Assembly (NCBI RefSeq): GCF_964194025.1
Contig: NC_134468.1
Coordinates: forward strand, 86,552,001 to 86,616,000
DNA: 64,000 nt
Origin: Convolutriloba macropyga
Taxonomy: Eukaryota
Direction: 5' to 3'
The notes beneath the pieces are model-generated. The model was not told the DNA's origin. It worked only from the letters and a program-made list of their open reading frames with translations, and made no database searches. Position 1 is the stretch's first letter. Each line of letters starts with the position of its first letter. Below are positions 1-14,156 of this stretch, one piece after another. Both the position numbers and the translations under genes were made by a program.

Positions 1-1143
1 CAATATTATAATAATAAGGATCCTATTAGTTATAAAAAAATCAATTGAACATAAAAATAGTTTTTACTGTAATGCTTGTTTTTTTTTGCCTTCGAGAATT
101 TTCTCTCCCATTTTTTATTGAAATATTGAATTAGTTGTTTCTGCCTGTTTTTGTTGCTCTTTACAGGGTCGTAAATTGTTTTTCAAAAAATGACAGGTTA
201 TTATTAGTTTCCTACTATGGAGTGAATCAACAAATTAAAGCAGTCAGTTGATAGTTTCAAAAATTATCATTTTCTTGTTTTGAAGAATTTAAATTTTTGT
301 TTTATTTTTCAATTTGTTGTTCTTTTGGTCAACTTGTAGCTTTTTCTCATCATTGAGGAATCTCATCCTCTTAGTTGTAATATAAACATTAATTTATCTT
401 TCAGCATTTTGGCGATAATAACAGATGCGAATGATTTTGGGTTTATAACAGATGCAAAGGTTTTTGAGTTTATATTTAACTGAAAATTTTAAATGTCATT
501 AAAAAAATAACATATAATCTGCAGATAATAGCTGATGTTTTTATTGGCTTCAATACTTTGTGTTTTCGTAAGTTGCTTTTTTGTAGTACTTCTGCATATG
601 TAGTCCGGTTCCATAGCTTAGTTCAACCGAATACATGTCCTATTGTTTTCTTAGTACCTTATTAGTAAATTTATAAAGAACTTCTTAGTTGAAAGCTGAT
701 GGTTTTTTTGACTTTTTCTGTTTATGACATTTTATGTTGACATTTTAAAAAAAAATCTGAGGCTCATTTTTCTCCTTTTTGTCGACTTGTTACCTATTCA
801 CATCACGCACAAGTTTCAAAAGCTATCTGATGGTTTTTTGATTTTGTTGCTAAGTGCTTTTAGATTTAGATAATGAATATTTGCCGGTAAACTTTTTTTT
901 GGTTTTTGATTATTTTATTGTTTGTTTTTTTCTCGCAGTCTTTTTAATGGCAGATCTTGTTATTGCTTCAATGCGGCATGGTATTATGTAATTCATTTTG
1001 TTTTTTCGGTCTGTAACAAAGATCTATTGGACTCTTACATCTACTGTTGAACATCTCTTCATTTAGTTGACAGTCAATTTAAAAACGTAGATGAGATCGG
1101 GTCAGAACATTATGTGCCAACTCACCTACCGAGCCTCCTTGTT
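1..1143 (+). mobile_element. Helentron-associated non-autonomous element (HINE-like), 3' part; 5' end probably outside the window
   Basis: Ends ...GGGTCAGAAC-ATTATGTGCC...CCGAGCCTCCTTGTT (1143), the reverse complement of the termini at 19203, 39273 and 47076. Internal 330-370 resembles the reverse complement of 40160-40210. Confidence 0.6.
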
Positions 1144-2224
1144 TGTTTTTCCGTAACATTTTTTAAAAATATTTTGCAACTTGAGTGAGGAGGTTGAACT
1201 CCAACCCGTCAAGTTTGAAGTAAAAACCGTTTGACCCAGATGCATACGTACAATTATTTCTACAAAAAATTCTCGTACTCAGTTCTCGTGTAATTTCATG
1301 TCACAATCTTTTTCCTTTTTCAAATAAATCAAATTACAATTATTAATTCAAAAATTAAACAAAAAAAGAAAAAAAACTTTTATAAATGCAAAAAACCAAA
1401 AGAATAATAATATAAAAAATACTGTCAACGTTTTTTATAAGTTAAATATTTTTCAAAAAAGCAAAACTGAAGAACAAATTTTGATATGATTGAAATATTC
1501 GGTTTCAATATTTTAGATGAAAAATAGTAAACGTTGAATCTTTTGCCCTAATTTTTATTCCGATCTGAAAAAGGATTTTATTGGCAATGACTTAACTGTC
1601 TGTTGTTGAACAAAATTTGTTATGTTTTAAATTGTTTACGGTTTCCTTTAAATTAAAATGTAAGATCGGAAACTTGAATTGAAAACTACAACAATTAAAA
1701 AATTAACTTTAATAATTTAATAAATTCTATATTATGCCTCTTCTATTCAGCTAGAGGCATTGTAGATGAATTTGGTTTTCTGGATAAATAATGGATGCAA
1801 ATGGTGTTTGAAGTTTTTCTGCTACTTTTAGTTTTTATTAAAACATATCATTTACTTTTGCTAGATCTGTTCGGTACTGTCGAATTATTTTCCTTTTGAA
1901 TGAAATTAACTTTTTCTAAATCTGAACGAATGGGACTCTATTGTTTTTATTTACTCTATGTCTGGAATTTCTGTTGCTACTTCGAGTATTTGAAAAAAAT
2001 GAAAAAAAAGTGCGTTCAAGTTTGTACACCTTAATTTTTTGAGAAAAAAATCCATGTTTAATCTTTTGGGGTACTCATTTTGTAAGAGAAAATAAATTTC
2101 AATGTTCTAAATTTTGTATCGCATTGATTGGGCAAAAATGGCTCAGCACAAAACTCTTCTATCGTAATGCCAACATTTACATTTGAGGTCCATTTTCATT
2201 TGTTTTTTTTTTTGTGACTGTCTT

Positions 2225-2640
2225 AGAAATGGGAATCGGACCCTCTGAGCCAAATCGGCTTTTTGGGAGTCTACACCACAGCCCCAAAATTGGACAATTG
2301 TGGTGGCATTGCTCTGTTGCAGACGACAAGTTCTTATTCTAAAAAATCTGAATGCTGAATAACATTCTTAGATTGATTCATGAGGCTTGTTTCCTCTCAT
2401 CAGGGATGGCGAGACAAAACCAATAGTTTATTCCATATTTGATCATATGTTTGAGATCTGTGAAGAAACAATTTACCATAACCATACCTGAGTGAGATAA
2501 TTGAGAAATTATTTGCCGTGCGATACAAAAAATTTGCCCGAGAACATCAAATTCAATTAGCAACCTTCGATAAAACATACTTGTAAACATCTAATACATC
2601 TTATTACAAAACCTATATCAAATTTTTCGGTACTGCGGGT
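2225..2640 (-). pseudogene. Degraded UDP-glycosyltransferase (GT1/UGT)-like coding remnant
   Basis: Manual minus-strand translation gives ...SRANFLYRTANNF...YDQIWNK...**EETSLMNQSKNVIQHSDFLE*ELVVCNRAMPPQLSNFGAVV*TPKKPI, resembling the UGT segments 'MTFxERVxN' and 'PRPxxPNxxxVGGxxxxPxKPL'. EKFDIGFV lies upstream in another frame. Several in-frame stops. Confidence 0.4.
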
Positions 2641-3224
2641 CTCGTTTTCGTGAATTTTGTTTGGTCGTTATTTTGTCTGACAAGTTTCCGTTTTTGCGCA
2701 AAAAACGTGATCAACTGTCGGACACGCGTAATAAATTGATATGGATATGACCTATATCTACTAGTTCTTTTTCATTGTGTAAATTTTATTTTTTTAAAAG
2801 TTTCATATCTCAATTATTTCCAGCCGGCTGTAGTTTAAGTTTTACACAATTTTTTCAGATAAAATAATAAAGTGTTAGCTAACCTACACTATATTCATTG
2901 TTAATGATAAATCTAACGTTAGATAACAATACCTCACAAGTTGTAGGTGAACTTTTTTTGAGTTTCTTTTTGTCTGACGATATTGCCTATATTAAATAAT
3001 CTCTTATGTTTTTTTTTCTAATCATGCGTAGACGTTGATTGATTTAAGATAGATTACCAACAGTTGGTCAAAGATGAAATCATATTTCATATTTCAAGAG
3101 ATATTTTTCAAAAGCAGTATACAACATCTCCTACAATTTTCGGCCTTGTCTAATGACGTCAATTAATTATCTTTAGCCCAACTTCAACTAAAAGACAGAT
3201 ATATTGAATAACAATAATCGCGTC

Positions 3225-3370
3225 TTTTCTTTTCCACCCCAGCTTAGTGGGGTTATATATTTTACGCTCCCAGGCGCACGTGCTAATTTATACATAGTAG
3301 CGTGCTATATAACAACAATTAAATTGTAACTGGGCGCGCAAAAACAACGTGGCAAAACAGATAAACCCAA
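3225..3370 (-). mobile_element. Degenerate copy of the GG-terminated MITE family
   Basis: CCCCAGCTTAGTGGG...GCACGTGCT...AAAACAGATAAACCC; same internal blocks as 38269-38431 in the reverse orientation. Confidence 0.6.
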
Positions 3371-3591
3371 TAACCTTGATTATATTTGGACGAGAAATGA
3401 ATCTCTTTGGAGTTCAATTGACCAAATGCTTGTCGTTCAAAATTTTTTTTTTGTCGTTTCTACATCCTCAAAGTTGGTTTTTGTTGCTACATCCTCAAAA
3501 AACGACTCCTGAACAAGTTGGAATGAGAATCCAGATTGAATTAGATAAAGGAACGTTTTCAGTTCGACAGATACAATTACAAATAATCGAG

Positions 3592-6500
3592 ATGAATTAT
3601 CTAGCATTAAGGAAAAGTAAAATTGGTCAGCAGAAAATGTAAACGTTTGATTTGAGTTATCCAGCCTTGCCAATTTATAATCGAAAAGTAAATTTATTGA
3701 GCAGTGAATCTAAATGTTTGATTTGAGTTATCCAGCATAACCATTTTTTAAACCGCATTGGAAATTTGTTCAGCAGAGATTTTAAATGTTTTGATTTGAG
3801 ATATCCCGTTTTACCAAACTTTAAATCAAAAAATGAATTTGTTGAGCAGAAATTGTAATCGTTTGATTTGAGTTATCCAGCATTACCAATTTTTAATCAA
3901 AATTAAATATGTTGAGCAGAAATTGTAAATGTTTTTTTGGGATTGTTAATGTTTGATTTGAGTTATCCAGCATTACCATTTATAAATCGAAATGTAAATT
4001 TGCAGAACAGAAAGTGTAAATGTTTGATTTGAGTTATCCAGCATTACCACTTTTGAATTCAAAAGCTAAATTTGTTGAGCAGTGATTCTAAATGTTTGAT
4101 TTGAGTTACCAACCATTACCAGTTTTAAAATCCAAAATTAAATTCCTTGAGCAGAAATTGTAAATCTTTGATTTGAGTTACCCAGCTTTACCAAGTTTTA
4201 AATCGAAAAATGAATTTGTTGAGCAGAAATTGTAATTGTTTGATCTGAGTTACCCAGCTTTACAATTTTTTCATCGAAAATTAAATTTGCTGAGCAGAAA
4301 TTGTAAATGTTTGTTTTGAGGATGTTAATGTTTAATTTGAGTTATCCAGCATTGCCATTTTTCAATCAATCAAAATTAAATTTTTTAAGCAGAAAATGTA
4401 AAGTTTGATTTGAGTTATCCAGCATTTCCATTTTCAAAAATCCAAAGCTAATTTTGTTGAGCAGTGATTCTAAATGTTTTATTTGAGTTATCCAGCATTA
4501 CCATTTTTTAATTTGAAAAGCAATTTTGTTGAGCAGAAATTGTAAATGCTTGTTTTGAGATTGTTAATGTTTGATTTGAGTTACGCATTATTGCCGTTTT
4601 TTAATCGAAAAGTAGTTGTGTTGAGCAGAAATTGTAAATGTTTGCTTTGAGTTCTACAGCTTTACCATTTTTTAATCGAAATTTAAATTCGTTGAGCAGA
4701 AATTGCAAATGTTTTTTGAGATGGTTAATGTTTATTTAAGTTATCCAGCTTTACCAAATTTTAAATTGAAAAGTTAATTTGTTGAGCAGAAATTGTTAAT
4801 CTTTGTTTGAGATTGGTTACGTTTAGTTTGAATTATCCAGCATTGCCATTTTGTAATCGAAAAGTAAAATTGTTGAGCAGAAATTGTAAATCTTTGATAT
4901 GAGTTATCCAGCTGTACCAATGTTGAAATCAAAGATTAAATTCGTTGAGAAGAAATTGTAAATGTTTGTTTTGAGATTGTTTACATTTGATTTGAGTTAT
5001 CCAGCATTGCCATTTTTTAATCAATAAGTAAATTTATCGAGCAAAAATTGTAAATGTTTGTTTTGAGTTATCTAGCTTTACCAATTTTTAAATCATAAGC
5101 TAGATTTGTTGAGCAGTGATTCTAAGTGCTTGATTTGAAATATCCAGCATTACCATTTTTTAAGTCAAAAAGTAAGATTTTCAAGCAGAAATTGAAAATT
5201 CTTGTGTTGAGTTATCCGGCATTTTCATTTTTTAATCGAAAACTAAATTTGTTCAGCATAATTTGTAAATGTTTGATTTGAGTTATCCAGCATTACCATT
5301 TTTTTAATTGAAAAGTAATTTTGTCGAGCAGAAATTGTATATGCTTGTTTTGAGATTGTTAATGTTTGATTTGAGTTACGCATTATTGCTGTTTTTTAAC
5401 CGAAAAGTAGTTTTGTTGAGCAGAAATTGTAAATGTTTGATTTGAGTTCTACAGCATTACCATTTTTTAATCGAAAAATGAATTTGTTGAGCATAAATTG
5501 CATAAATTTTTTTGAGATTTTTAATGTTTATTTGATTTATCCAGCTTTACCAATTTTCAAATTGAAAAGTAAATTTGTTGAGCAGAAATTGTAAATCTTT
5601 GTTTGAGATTGGTTACATTTGATTTGAGTTATCCAGCATTGCCATTTTTTTAATCAAAAAGTAAATTTGTCGAGCAAAAATTGTAATTGTTTGTATTGAG
5701 TTATCCAGCTTTACCAATTTTTAAATCATAAGCTAGATTTGTTGAGCAGTGATTCTAAGTGCTTGATTTGAAATATCCAGCATTACCATTTTTTATTTCG
5801 AAAAGTAAGATTTTCAAGCAGAAATTGAAAATTCTTGTATTGAGTTATCCGGCATTTCCATTTTTTAATCGAAAATTAAATTTGTTCAGCAGAATTTGTA
5901 AATGTTTGATTTGAGTTATCCAGCATTACCATTTTTTTAATTGAAAAGTAATTTTGTCGAGCAGAAATTGTAAATGCTTGTTTTGAGATTGTTAATGTTT
6001 GATTTGAGTTACGCATTATTGCCGTTTTTTAATCGAAAAGTAGTTGTGTTGAGCAGAAATTGTAAATGTTTGATTTGAGTTCTACAGCATTACCATTTTG
6101 TAATCGAAAAGTGAGTTTGTTGAGCATAAATTGCAAATGTTTTTTGAGATTGTTAATGTTTATTTGAGTTATCCAGCTTTACTAATTTTTAAATCGAAAA
6201 GTAAATTTGTTGAGCAGAAATTGTAAATCTTTGTTTGCGATTGGTTACGTTTAATTTGAATTATCCAGCATTGCCATTTTGTAATCGAAAAGTAAATTTG
6301 TTGAGCAGAAATTGTAAATCTTTGATTTGAGTTATCCAGCTGTACCAATGTTAAAATCGAAAATTAAATTTGTTGAGAAGATATTGTAAATGTTTGTTTT
6401 GAGATTGTTTACATTTGATTTGAGTTATCCATCATTGCCATTTTTTAATCAAAAAGTAAATTTGTCGAGCAAAAATTGTAAATGTTTGTTTTGAGTTATC

Positions 6501-9500
6501 CAGCTTTACAATTTTTAAATCATAAGCTAGATTTGTTGAGCAGTGATTCTAAGTGCTTGATTTGAAATATACAGCATTACCATTTTTTAAGTCGAAAAGT
6601 AAGATTTTCAAGCAGAAATTGAAAATTCTTGTATTGAGTTATCCGGCATTTCCATTTTTTAATCGAAAATTAAATTTGTTCAGCAGAATTTGTAAATAAT
6701 TGATTTGAGTTATCCGGCATTACCATTTTTTTAATTGAAAAGTAATTTTGTTGAGCAGAAATTGTATATGCTTGTTTTGAGATTGTTAATGTTTGATTTG
6801 AAATACGCATTATTGCTGTTTTTTAACCGAAAAGTAGTTTTGTTGAGCAGAAATTGTAAATGTTTGATTTGAGTTCTACAGCATTACCATTTTTTAATCG
6901 AAAAATGAATTTGTTGAGCATAAATTGCATAAATTTTTTTGAGATTTTTAATGTTTATTTGATTTATCCAGCTTTACCAATTTTCAAATTGAAAAGTAAA
7001 TTTGTTGAGCAGAAATTGTAAATCTTTGTTTGAGATTGGTTACATTTGATTTGAGTTATCCAGCATTGCCATTTTTTTAATCAAAAAGTAATTTTGTCGA
7101 GCAAAAATTGTAATTGTTTGTATTGAGTTATCCAGCTTTACCAATTTTTAAATCATAAGCTAGATTTGTTGAGCAGTGATTCTAAGTGCTTGATTTGAAA
7201 TATCCAGCATTACCATTTTTTAATTCGAAAAGTAAGATTTTCAAGCAGAAATTGAAAATTCTTGTATTGAGTTATCCGGCATTTCCATTTTTTAATCGAA
7301 AATTAAATTTGTTCAGCAGAATTTGTAAATGTTTGATTTGAGTTATCCAGCATTACCATTTTTTTAATTGAAAAGTAATTTTGTTGAGCAGAAATTGTAA
7401 ATGCTTGTTTTGAGATTGTTAATGTTTGATTTGAGTTACGCATTATTGCCGTTTTTTAATCGAAAAGTAGTTTTGTTGAGCAGAAATTGTGAATGTTTGG
7501 TTTGAGTTCTACAGCATTACCATTTTTTAATCGAAAAGTGAATTTGTTGAGCATAAATTGCAAATGTTTTTTTGAGATTGTTAATGTTTAATTGAGTTAT
7601 CCAGCTTTACCAATTTTTAAATCGGAAAGTAAATTTGTTTAGCAGAAATTGTAAATCTTTGATTTGAGTTATCCAGCTGTACCAATGTTAAAATCGAAAA
7701 TTTAATTTGTTGAGAAGAAATTGTAAATGTTTGTTTTGAGATTGTTTACATTTGATTTGAGTTATCCAGCATTGCCATTTTTTAATCAAAAGTAAATTTG
7801 TCGAGCAAAAATTGTGAATGTTTGTTTTGAGTTATCCAGCTTTACCAATTTTTAAATCATAAGCTAGATTTGTTGAGCAGTGATTCTAAGTGCTTGATTT
7901 GAAATATCCAGCATTACCATTTGTTAAGTCGAAAGGTAAGATTTTCAAGCAGAAACTGAAAATTTTTTTATTGAGTTATCCGGCATTTCCATTTTTTAAT
8001 CGAAAATTAAATTTCTTCAGCAGAATTTATAAATGTTTGATTTGAGTTATCCAGCATTACCATTTTTTAATTTGAAAAGCAATTTTGTTGAGCAGAAATT
8101 GTAAATGCTTGTTTTGAGATTGTTAATGTTTGATTTGAGTTACGCATTATTGCCGTTTTTTAATCGAAAAGTAGTTGTGTTGAGCAGAAATTGTAAATGT
8201 TTGCTTTGAGTTCTACAGCTTTACCATTTTTTAATCGAAAAGTGAATTTGTTGAGCATAAATTGCAATTGTTTTTTGAGATTGTTAATGTTTATTTGAGT
8301 TATCCAGCTTTACCAATTTTTAAATCGAAAAGTAAATTTGTTGAGCAAAAATTGTAAATCTTTGTTTGAGATTGGTTACGTTTAATTTGAATTATCCAGC
8401 ATTGCCATTTTTGTAATCGAAAAGTAAATTTGTTGAGCAGAAATTGTAAATCTTTGATTTGAGTTATCCAGCTCTACCAATGTTAAAATCGAAAAATAAA
8501 TTTGTTGAGAAGATATGATAAATGTTTGTTTTGAGATTGTTTACATTTGATTTGAGTTATCCAGCATTGCCATTTTTTAATCAAAAAGTAAATTTGTAGA
8601 GCAAAAATTGTAAATGTTTGTTTTGAGTTATCCAGCTTTACCAATTTTTAAATCATAAGCTAGATTTGTTGAGCAGTGATTCTAAGTGCTTGATTTGAAA
8701 TATCCAGCATTACCATTTTTTAAGTCGAAAAGTAAGATTTTCAAGCAGAAATTGAAAATTCTTGTATTGAGTTATCCGGCATTTCCATTTCTTAATCGAG
8801 AATTAAATTTGTTCAGCAGAATTTGTAAATGTTTGATTTGAGTTATCCAGCATTACCATTTTTTAAGTCGAAAAGTAAGTTTTTCAAGCAGAAATTGAAA
8901 ATTCTTGTATTGAGTTATCCGGCATTTTCTTTTTTTAATCGAAAATTAAATTTTTTCAGCAGAATTTGTAAATGTTTGATTTGAGTTATCCAGCCTTACC
9001 ATTTTTTTAATTGAAAAGTAATTTTGTCGAGCAGAAATTGTAAATGCTTGTTTTGAGGTTGTTAATGTGTGATTTGAGTTACGCAATATTGCCGTTTTTT
9101 AATCGAAAAGTAGTTTTCTTGAGCAGAAATTGTAAATGTTTGATTTGATTTCTACAGCGATACCATTTTTTAATCGAAAAGTGAGTTTGTTGAGCATAAA
9201 TTGCAAATGTTTTTTTGTGATTGTTAATGTTTATTTGAGTTATCCAGCTTTACCAATTTTAAAATCGAAAAGTAAATTTGTTGAGCAGAAATTGTAAATC
9301 TTTGTTTGAGATTGGTTACGTTTAATTTGAATTATCCAGCATTGCCATTTTGTAATCGAAAAGTAAATTTGTCGAGCAAAAATTGTAAATGTTTGTTTTG
9401 AGTTATCCAGCTTTACCAATTTTTAAATCATAAGCTAGATTTGTTGAGCAGTGATTATAAGTGCTTAATTTGAAATATCCAGTATTACCATTTTTTAAGT

Positions 9501-12500
9501 CGAAAAGTAAGATTTTCAAGCAGAAATTGAAAATTCTTGTATTGAGTTATCCGGAATTTCCATTTTTTAATCGAGAATTAAATTTGTTCAGCAGAATTTG
9601 TAAATGTTTGATTTGAGTTATCCAGCATTACCATTTTTTTTAATTGAAAAGTAATTTTGTTGAGCAGAAATTGTAAATGCTTGTTTTGAGATTGTTAATG
9701 TTTGATTTGAGTTACGCATTATTGCCGTTTTTTAATCGAAAAGTAGTTGTGTTGAGCAGAAATTGTAAATGTTTGATTTGAGTTCTACAGCATTACCATT
9801 TTTTAATCGAAAAGTGAATTTGTTGAGCATAAATTGCAAATGTTTTTTGAGATTGTTAATGTTTATTTGAGTTATCCAGCTTTACCAATTTTTAAATCGA
9901 AAAGTAAATTTGTTGAGCAGAAATTGTAAATCTTTGTTTGAGATTGGTTACGTTTAATTTGAATTATCCAGCATTGCCATTTTGTAATCGAAAAGTAAAT
10001 TTGTTGAGCAGAAATTGTAAATCTTTGATTTGAGTTATCCAGCTGTACCAATGTTAAAATGGAAAATTAAATTTGTTGAGAAGATATGGTAAATGTTTGT
10101 TTTGAGATTGTTTACATTTGATTTGAGTTATCCAGCATTACCATTTTTTAAGTCGAAAAGTAAGTTTTTCAAGCAGAAATTGAAAATTCTTGTATTGAGT
10201 TATCCGGCATTTTCTTTTTTTAATCGAAAATTAAATTTTTTCAGCAGAATTTGTAAATGTTTGATTTGAGTTATCCAGCCTTACCATTTTTTTAATTGAA
10301 AAGTAATTTTGTCGAGCAGAAATTGTAAATGCTTGTTTTGAGGTTGTTAATGTGTGATTTGAGTTACGCAATATTGCCGTTTTTTAATCGAAAAGTAGTT
10401 TTCTTGAGCAGAAATTGTAAATGTTTGATTTGATTTCTACAGCGATACCATTTTTTAATCGAAAAGTGAATTTGTTGAGCATAAATTGCAAATGTTTTTT
10501 TGTGATTGTTAATGTTTATTTGAGTTATCCAGCTTTACCAATTTTAAAATCGAAAAGAAAATTTGTTGAGCAGAAATTGTAAATCTTTGTTTGAGATTGG
10601 TTACGTTTAATTTGAATTATCCAGCATTGCCATTTTGTAATCGAAAAGTAAATTTGTTGAGCAGAAATTGTAAATCTTTGATTTGAGTTATCCAGTTGTA
10701 CCAATGTTAAAATCGAAAATTAAATTTGTTGAGAAGATATGGTAAATGTTTGTTTCGAGATTGTTTACATTTGATTTGAGTTATCCAGCATTGCCATTTT
10801 TTAATCAAAAAGTAAATTTGTCGAGCAAAAATTGTAAATGATTGTTTTGAGTTATCCAGCTTTACCAATTTTTAAATCATAAGCTAGATTTGTTGAGCAG
10901 TGATTATAAGTGCTTAATTTGAAATATCCAGCATTACCATTTTTTAAGTCGAAAAGTAAGATTTTCAAGCAGAAATTGAAAATTCTTGTATTGAGTTATC
11001 CGGAATTTCCATTTTTTAATCGAGAATTAAATTTGTTCAGCAGAATTTGTAAATGTTTGATTTGAGTTATCCAGCATTACCATTTTTTTAACTGAAAAGT
11101 AATTTTGTTGAGCAGAAATTGTAAATGCTTGTTTTGAGATTGTTAATGTTTGATTTGAGTTACGCATTATTGCCGTTTTTTAATCGAAAAGTAGTTGTGT
11201 TGAGCAGAAATTGTAAATGTTTGATTTGAGTTCTACAGCATTACCATTTTTTAATCGAAAAGTGAATTTGTTGAGCATAAATTGCAAATGTTTTTTGAGA
11301 TTGTTAATGTTTATTTGAGTTATCCAGCTTTACCAATTTTTAAATCGAAAAGTAAATTTGTTGAGCAGAAATTGTAAATCTTTGTTTGAGATTGGTTACG
11401 TTTAATTTGAATTATCCAGCATTGCCATTTTTTTAATCGAAAAGTAAATTTGTTGAGCAGAAATTGTAAATCTTTGATTTGAGTTATCCAGCTGTACCAA
11501 TGTTAAAATCGAAAATTAAATTTGTTGAGAAGATATGGTAAATGTTTGTTTTGAGATTGTTTACATTTGATTTGAGTTATCCAGCATTACCATTTTTTAA
11601 GTCGAAAAGTAAGTTTTTCAAGCAGAATTTGAAAATTCTTGTATTGAGTTATCCGGCATTTCCATTTTTTAATCGAAAATTAAATTTGTTCAGCAGAATT
11701 TGTAAATGTTTGATTTGAGTTATCCAGCCTTACCATTTTTTTAATTGAAAAGTAATTTTGTCGAGCAGAAATTGTAAATGCTTGTTTTGAGGTTGTTAAT
11801 GTGTGATTTGAGTTACGCAATATTGCCGTTTTTTAATCGAAAAGTAGTTTTCTTGAGCAGAAATTGTAATTGTTTGATTTGAGTTCTACAGCATTACCAT
11901 TTTGTAATCGAAAAGTGAGTTTGTTGAGCATAAATTGCAAATGTTTTTTGAGATTGTTAATGTTTATTTGAGTTATCCAGCTTTACCAATTTTTAAATCG
12001 AAAAGTAAATTTGTTGAGCAGAAATTGTAAATCTTTGTTTGAGATTGGTTACGTTTAATTTGAATTATCCAGCATTGCCATTTTGTAATCGAAAAGTAAA
12101 TTTGTTGAGCAGAAATTGTAAATCTTTGATTTGAGTTATCCAGTTGTACCAATGTTAAAATCGAAAATTAAATTTGTTGAGAAGATATCGTAAATGTTTG
12201 TTTTGAGATTGTTTACATTTGATTTGAGTTATCCAGCATTGCCATTTTTTAACCAAAAAGTAAATTTGTCGAGCAAAAATTGTAAATGTTTGTTTTGAGT
12301 TATCCAGCTTTACCAATTTTTAAATCATAAGCTAGATTTGTTGAGCAGTGATTCTAAGTGCTTGATTTGAAATATCCAGCATTACCATTTTTTAAGTCGA
12401 AAAGTAAGATTTTCAAGCAGAAATTGAAAATTCTTGTATTGAGTTATCCGGCATTTCCATTTTTTAATCGAGAATTAAATTTGTTCAGCAGAATTTGTAA

Positions 12501-13827
12501 ATGTTTGATTTGAGTTATCCAGCCTGACCATTTTTTTAATTGAAAAGTAATTTTGTCGAGCAGAAATTGTAAATGCTTGTTTTGAGGTTGTTAATGTTTG
12601 ATTTGAGTTACGAAATATTGCCGTTTTTTAATCGAAAAGTAGTTTCCTTGAGCAGAAATTGTAAATGTTTGATTTGATTTCTACAGCAATACCATTTTTT
12701 AATCGAAAAGTGAATTTGTTGAGCATAAATTGCAAATGTTTTTTGTGATTGTTAATGTTTATTTGAGTTATCCGGCTTTACCAATTTTAAAATCGAAAAA
12801 AAAATTTGTAGAGCAGAAATTGTAAATCTTTGTTTGAGATTGGTTACGTTTAATTTGAATTATCCTGCATTGCCATTTTGTAATCAAAAAGTAAATGTGT
12901 TGAGCAGAAAATGTAAATCTTTGATTTGAGTTATCAAGCTTTACCAATGTCAAAATCGAAAAGTGAAGTTGTTGAGCATAAATTGTAAGCGTTTGTTTTG
13001 AAGTTGGATACGTTTCATTTGAGTTATCCAGCATTGCCATATTTTAATCAAAAAGTAAATTGTCGAGCAGAAATTGTAAATGTTTGTTTTGAGTTATCCA
13101 GCTTTACCTTTTTTAAATTATAAGCTAAAATTGTTGAGCAGTGGTTCTAAGTGCTTGATTTGAGTTATCCAGCATTGCCTTTTTTTAAATCGAAAAGTAA
13201 GTTTCTAGAGCAGAAATTGAAAATCTTTGTTTTGAGTTATTCGGCATTACCATTTTTTAATCGAAAAGTAATTTTGTTGAGCAGACTTTGTAAATGTTTG
13301 ATTTGAGTTATCCAGCATTACCATTTTTGAATCAAAAAATAATATTGTTGAGCAGAAATTGTAAATGCTTGTTTTGAGATTGTTAATGTTTGATTTGAGT
13401 TATGCAGCATTGCCATTTTTAATCGAAAAGTAAATTTGTTGAGCAGAAAATTTAATTGTTTGATTTGAGCTATCCGGCATTACCATTTTTTAATCGAAAA
13501 GTAAATTTGTTGTGCAGAAATTGTAAATGTTTGATTTGAGTTATCCATCATTGCCATTTTTAAATCGAAAAGTAATTTTGTTGAACAGAAAGTGTAAATG
13601 TTTGATTTGAGTTATCCAGCATTACCATTTATTAATCGAAAAGTACATTTGTTGAGCAGAAATTGTAAATGTTTGATTTGAGTTATCCAGCATTGCCATT
13701 TTTAAATCGAAAAGTAATTTTGTTGAGCAGAAATTGTAAAAATTTGATTTGAGTTTTCCAGCATTGCCATTTTTAATCGAAAATAAAATTGGTTAGCGGA
13801 AACTGTATTTGTTTGCTATGAATTATC
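3592..13827. repeat. Satellite array: 71-bp and ~91-92-bp monomers with a ~795-bp 10-mer higher-order repeat
   Basis: Monomer ~TTGATTTGAGTTATCCAGCATTACCATTTTTTAATCGAAAAGTAAATTTGTTGAGCAGAAATTGTAAATGT (period 71, e.g. 3651/3722 and 13621/13692). The long variant adds ~GTTTTGAGATTGTTAATGTTT. The diagnostic variant CATAAGCTAG recurs at 5094, 5727, 6521, 7154, 7858, 8654, 9429, 10878, 12326 and (as TATAAGCTAA) ~13119. Confidence 0.98.
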
Positions 13828-14085
13828 GATCAAATGGGCAAACTGGATGACGGGATTAGCAAAACGAGTTCCAAACCATTCCCATTGAGTGTCTTTGTCA
13901 AAAAATAATCAAGATAACTATTATACAATATATCTGTTGTTATTTCTCTTTCACTTTCTCAATATAAAAATCATTCTCATTTGTACAATCTACAATCCTT
14001 ACAGGTGGCCATTTTTTAAAAAAAATGTGCTTCTGACTTTTTGGGTTTTGGTCAATTAAGAACTATAAATGTAAGACTTTTACTG

Positions 14086-14156
14086 AATGCGGTGAACTTT
14101 TCGCAAAATTTGCGGTGATTGCGGTAAAAACAACTCACCGCAGTTCACCGCAATTC
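14086..14156. repeat. Short imperfect hairpin (TGCGGTGAAC...GTTCACCGCA), probable transposon remnant
   Basis: Repeated TGCGGT motifs on the left mirrored by ACCGCA motifs on the right. Confidence 0.5.

Noticed and set aside
3592-13827. CRISPR-like appearance of regularly spaced repeats
   Set aside because: Whole monomers repeat with no unique spacers, there are no cas genes and the context is eukaryotic; this is a satellite.
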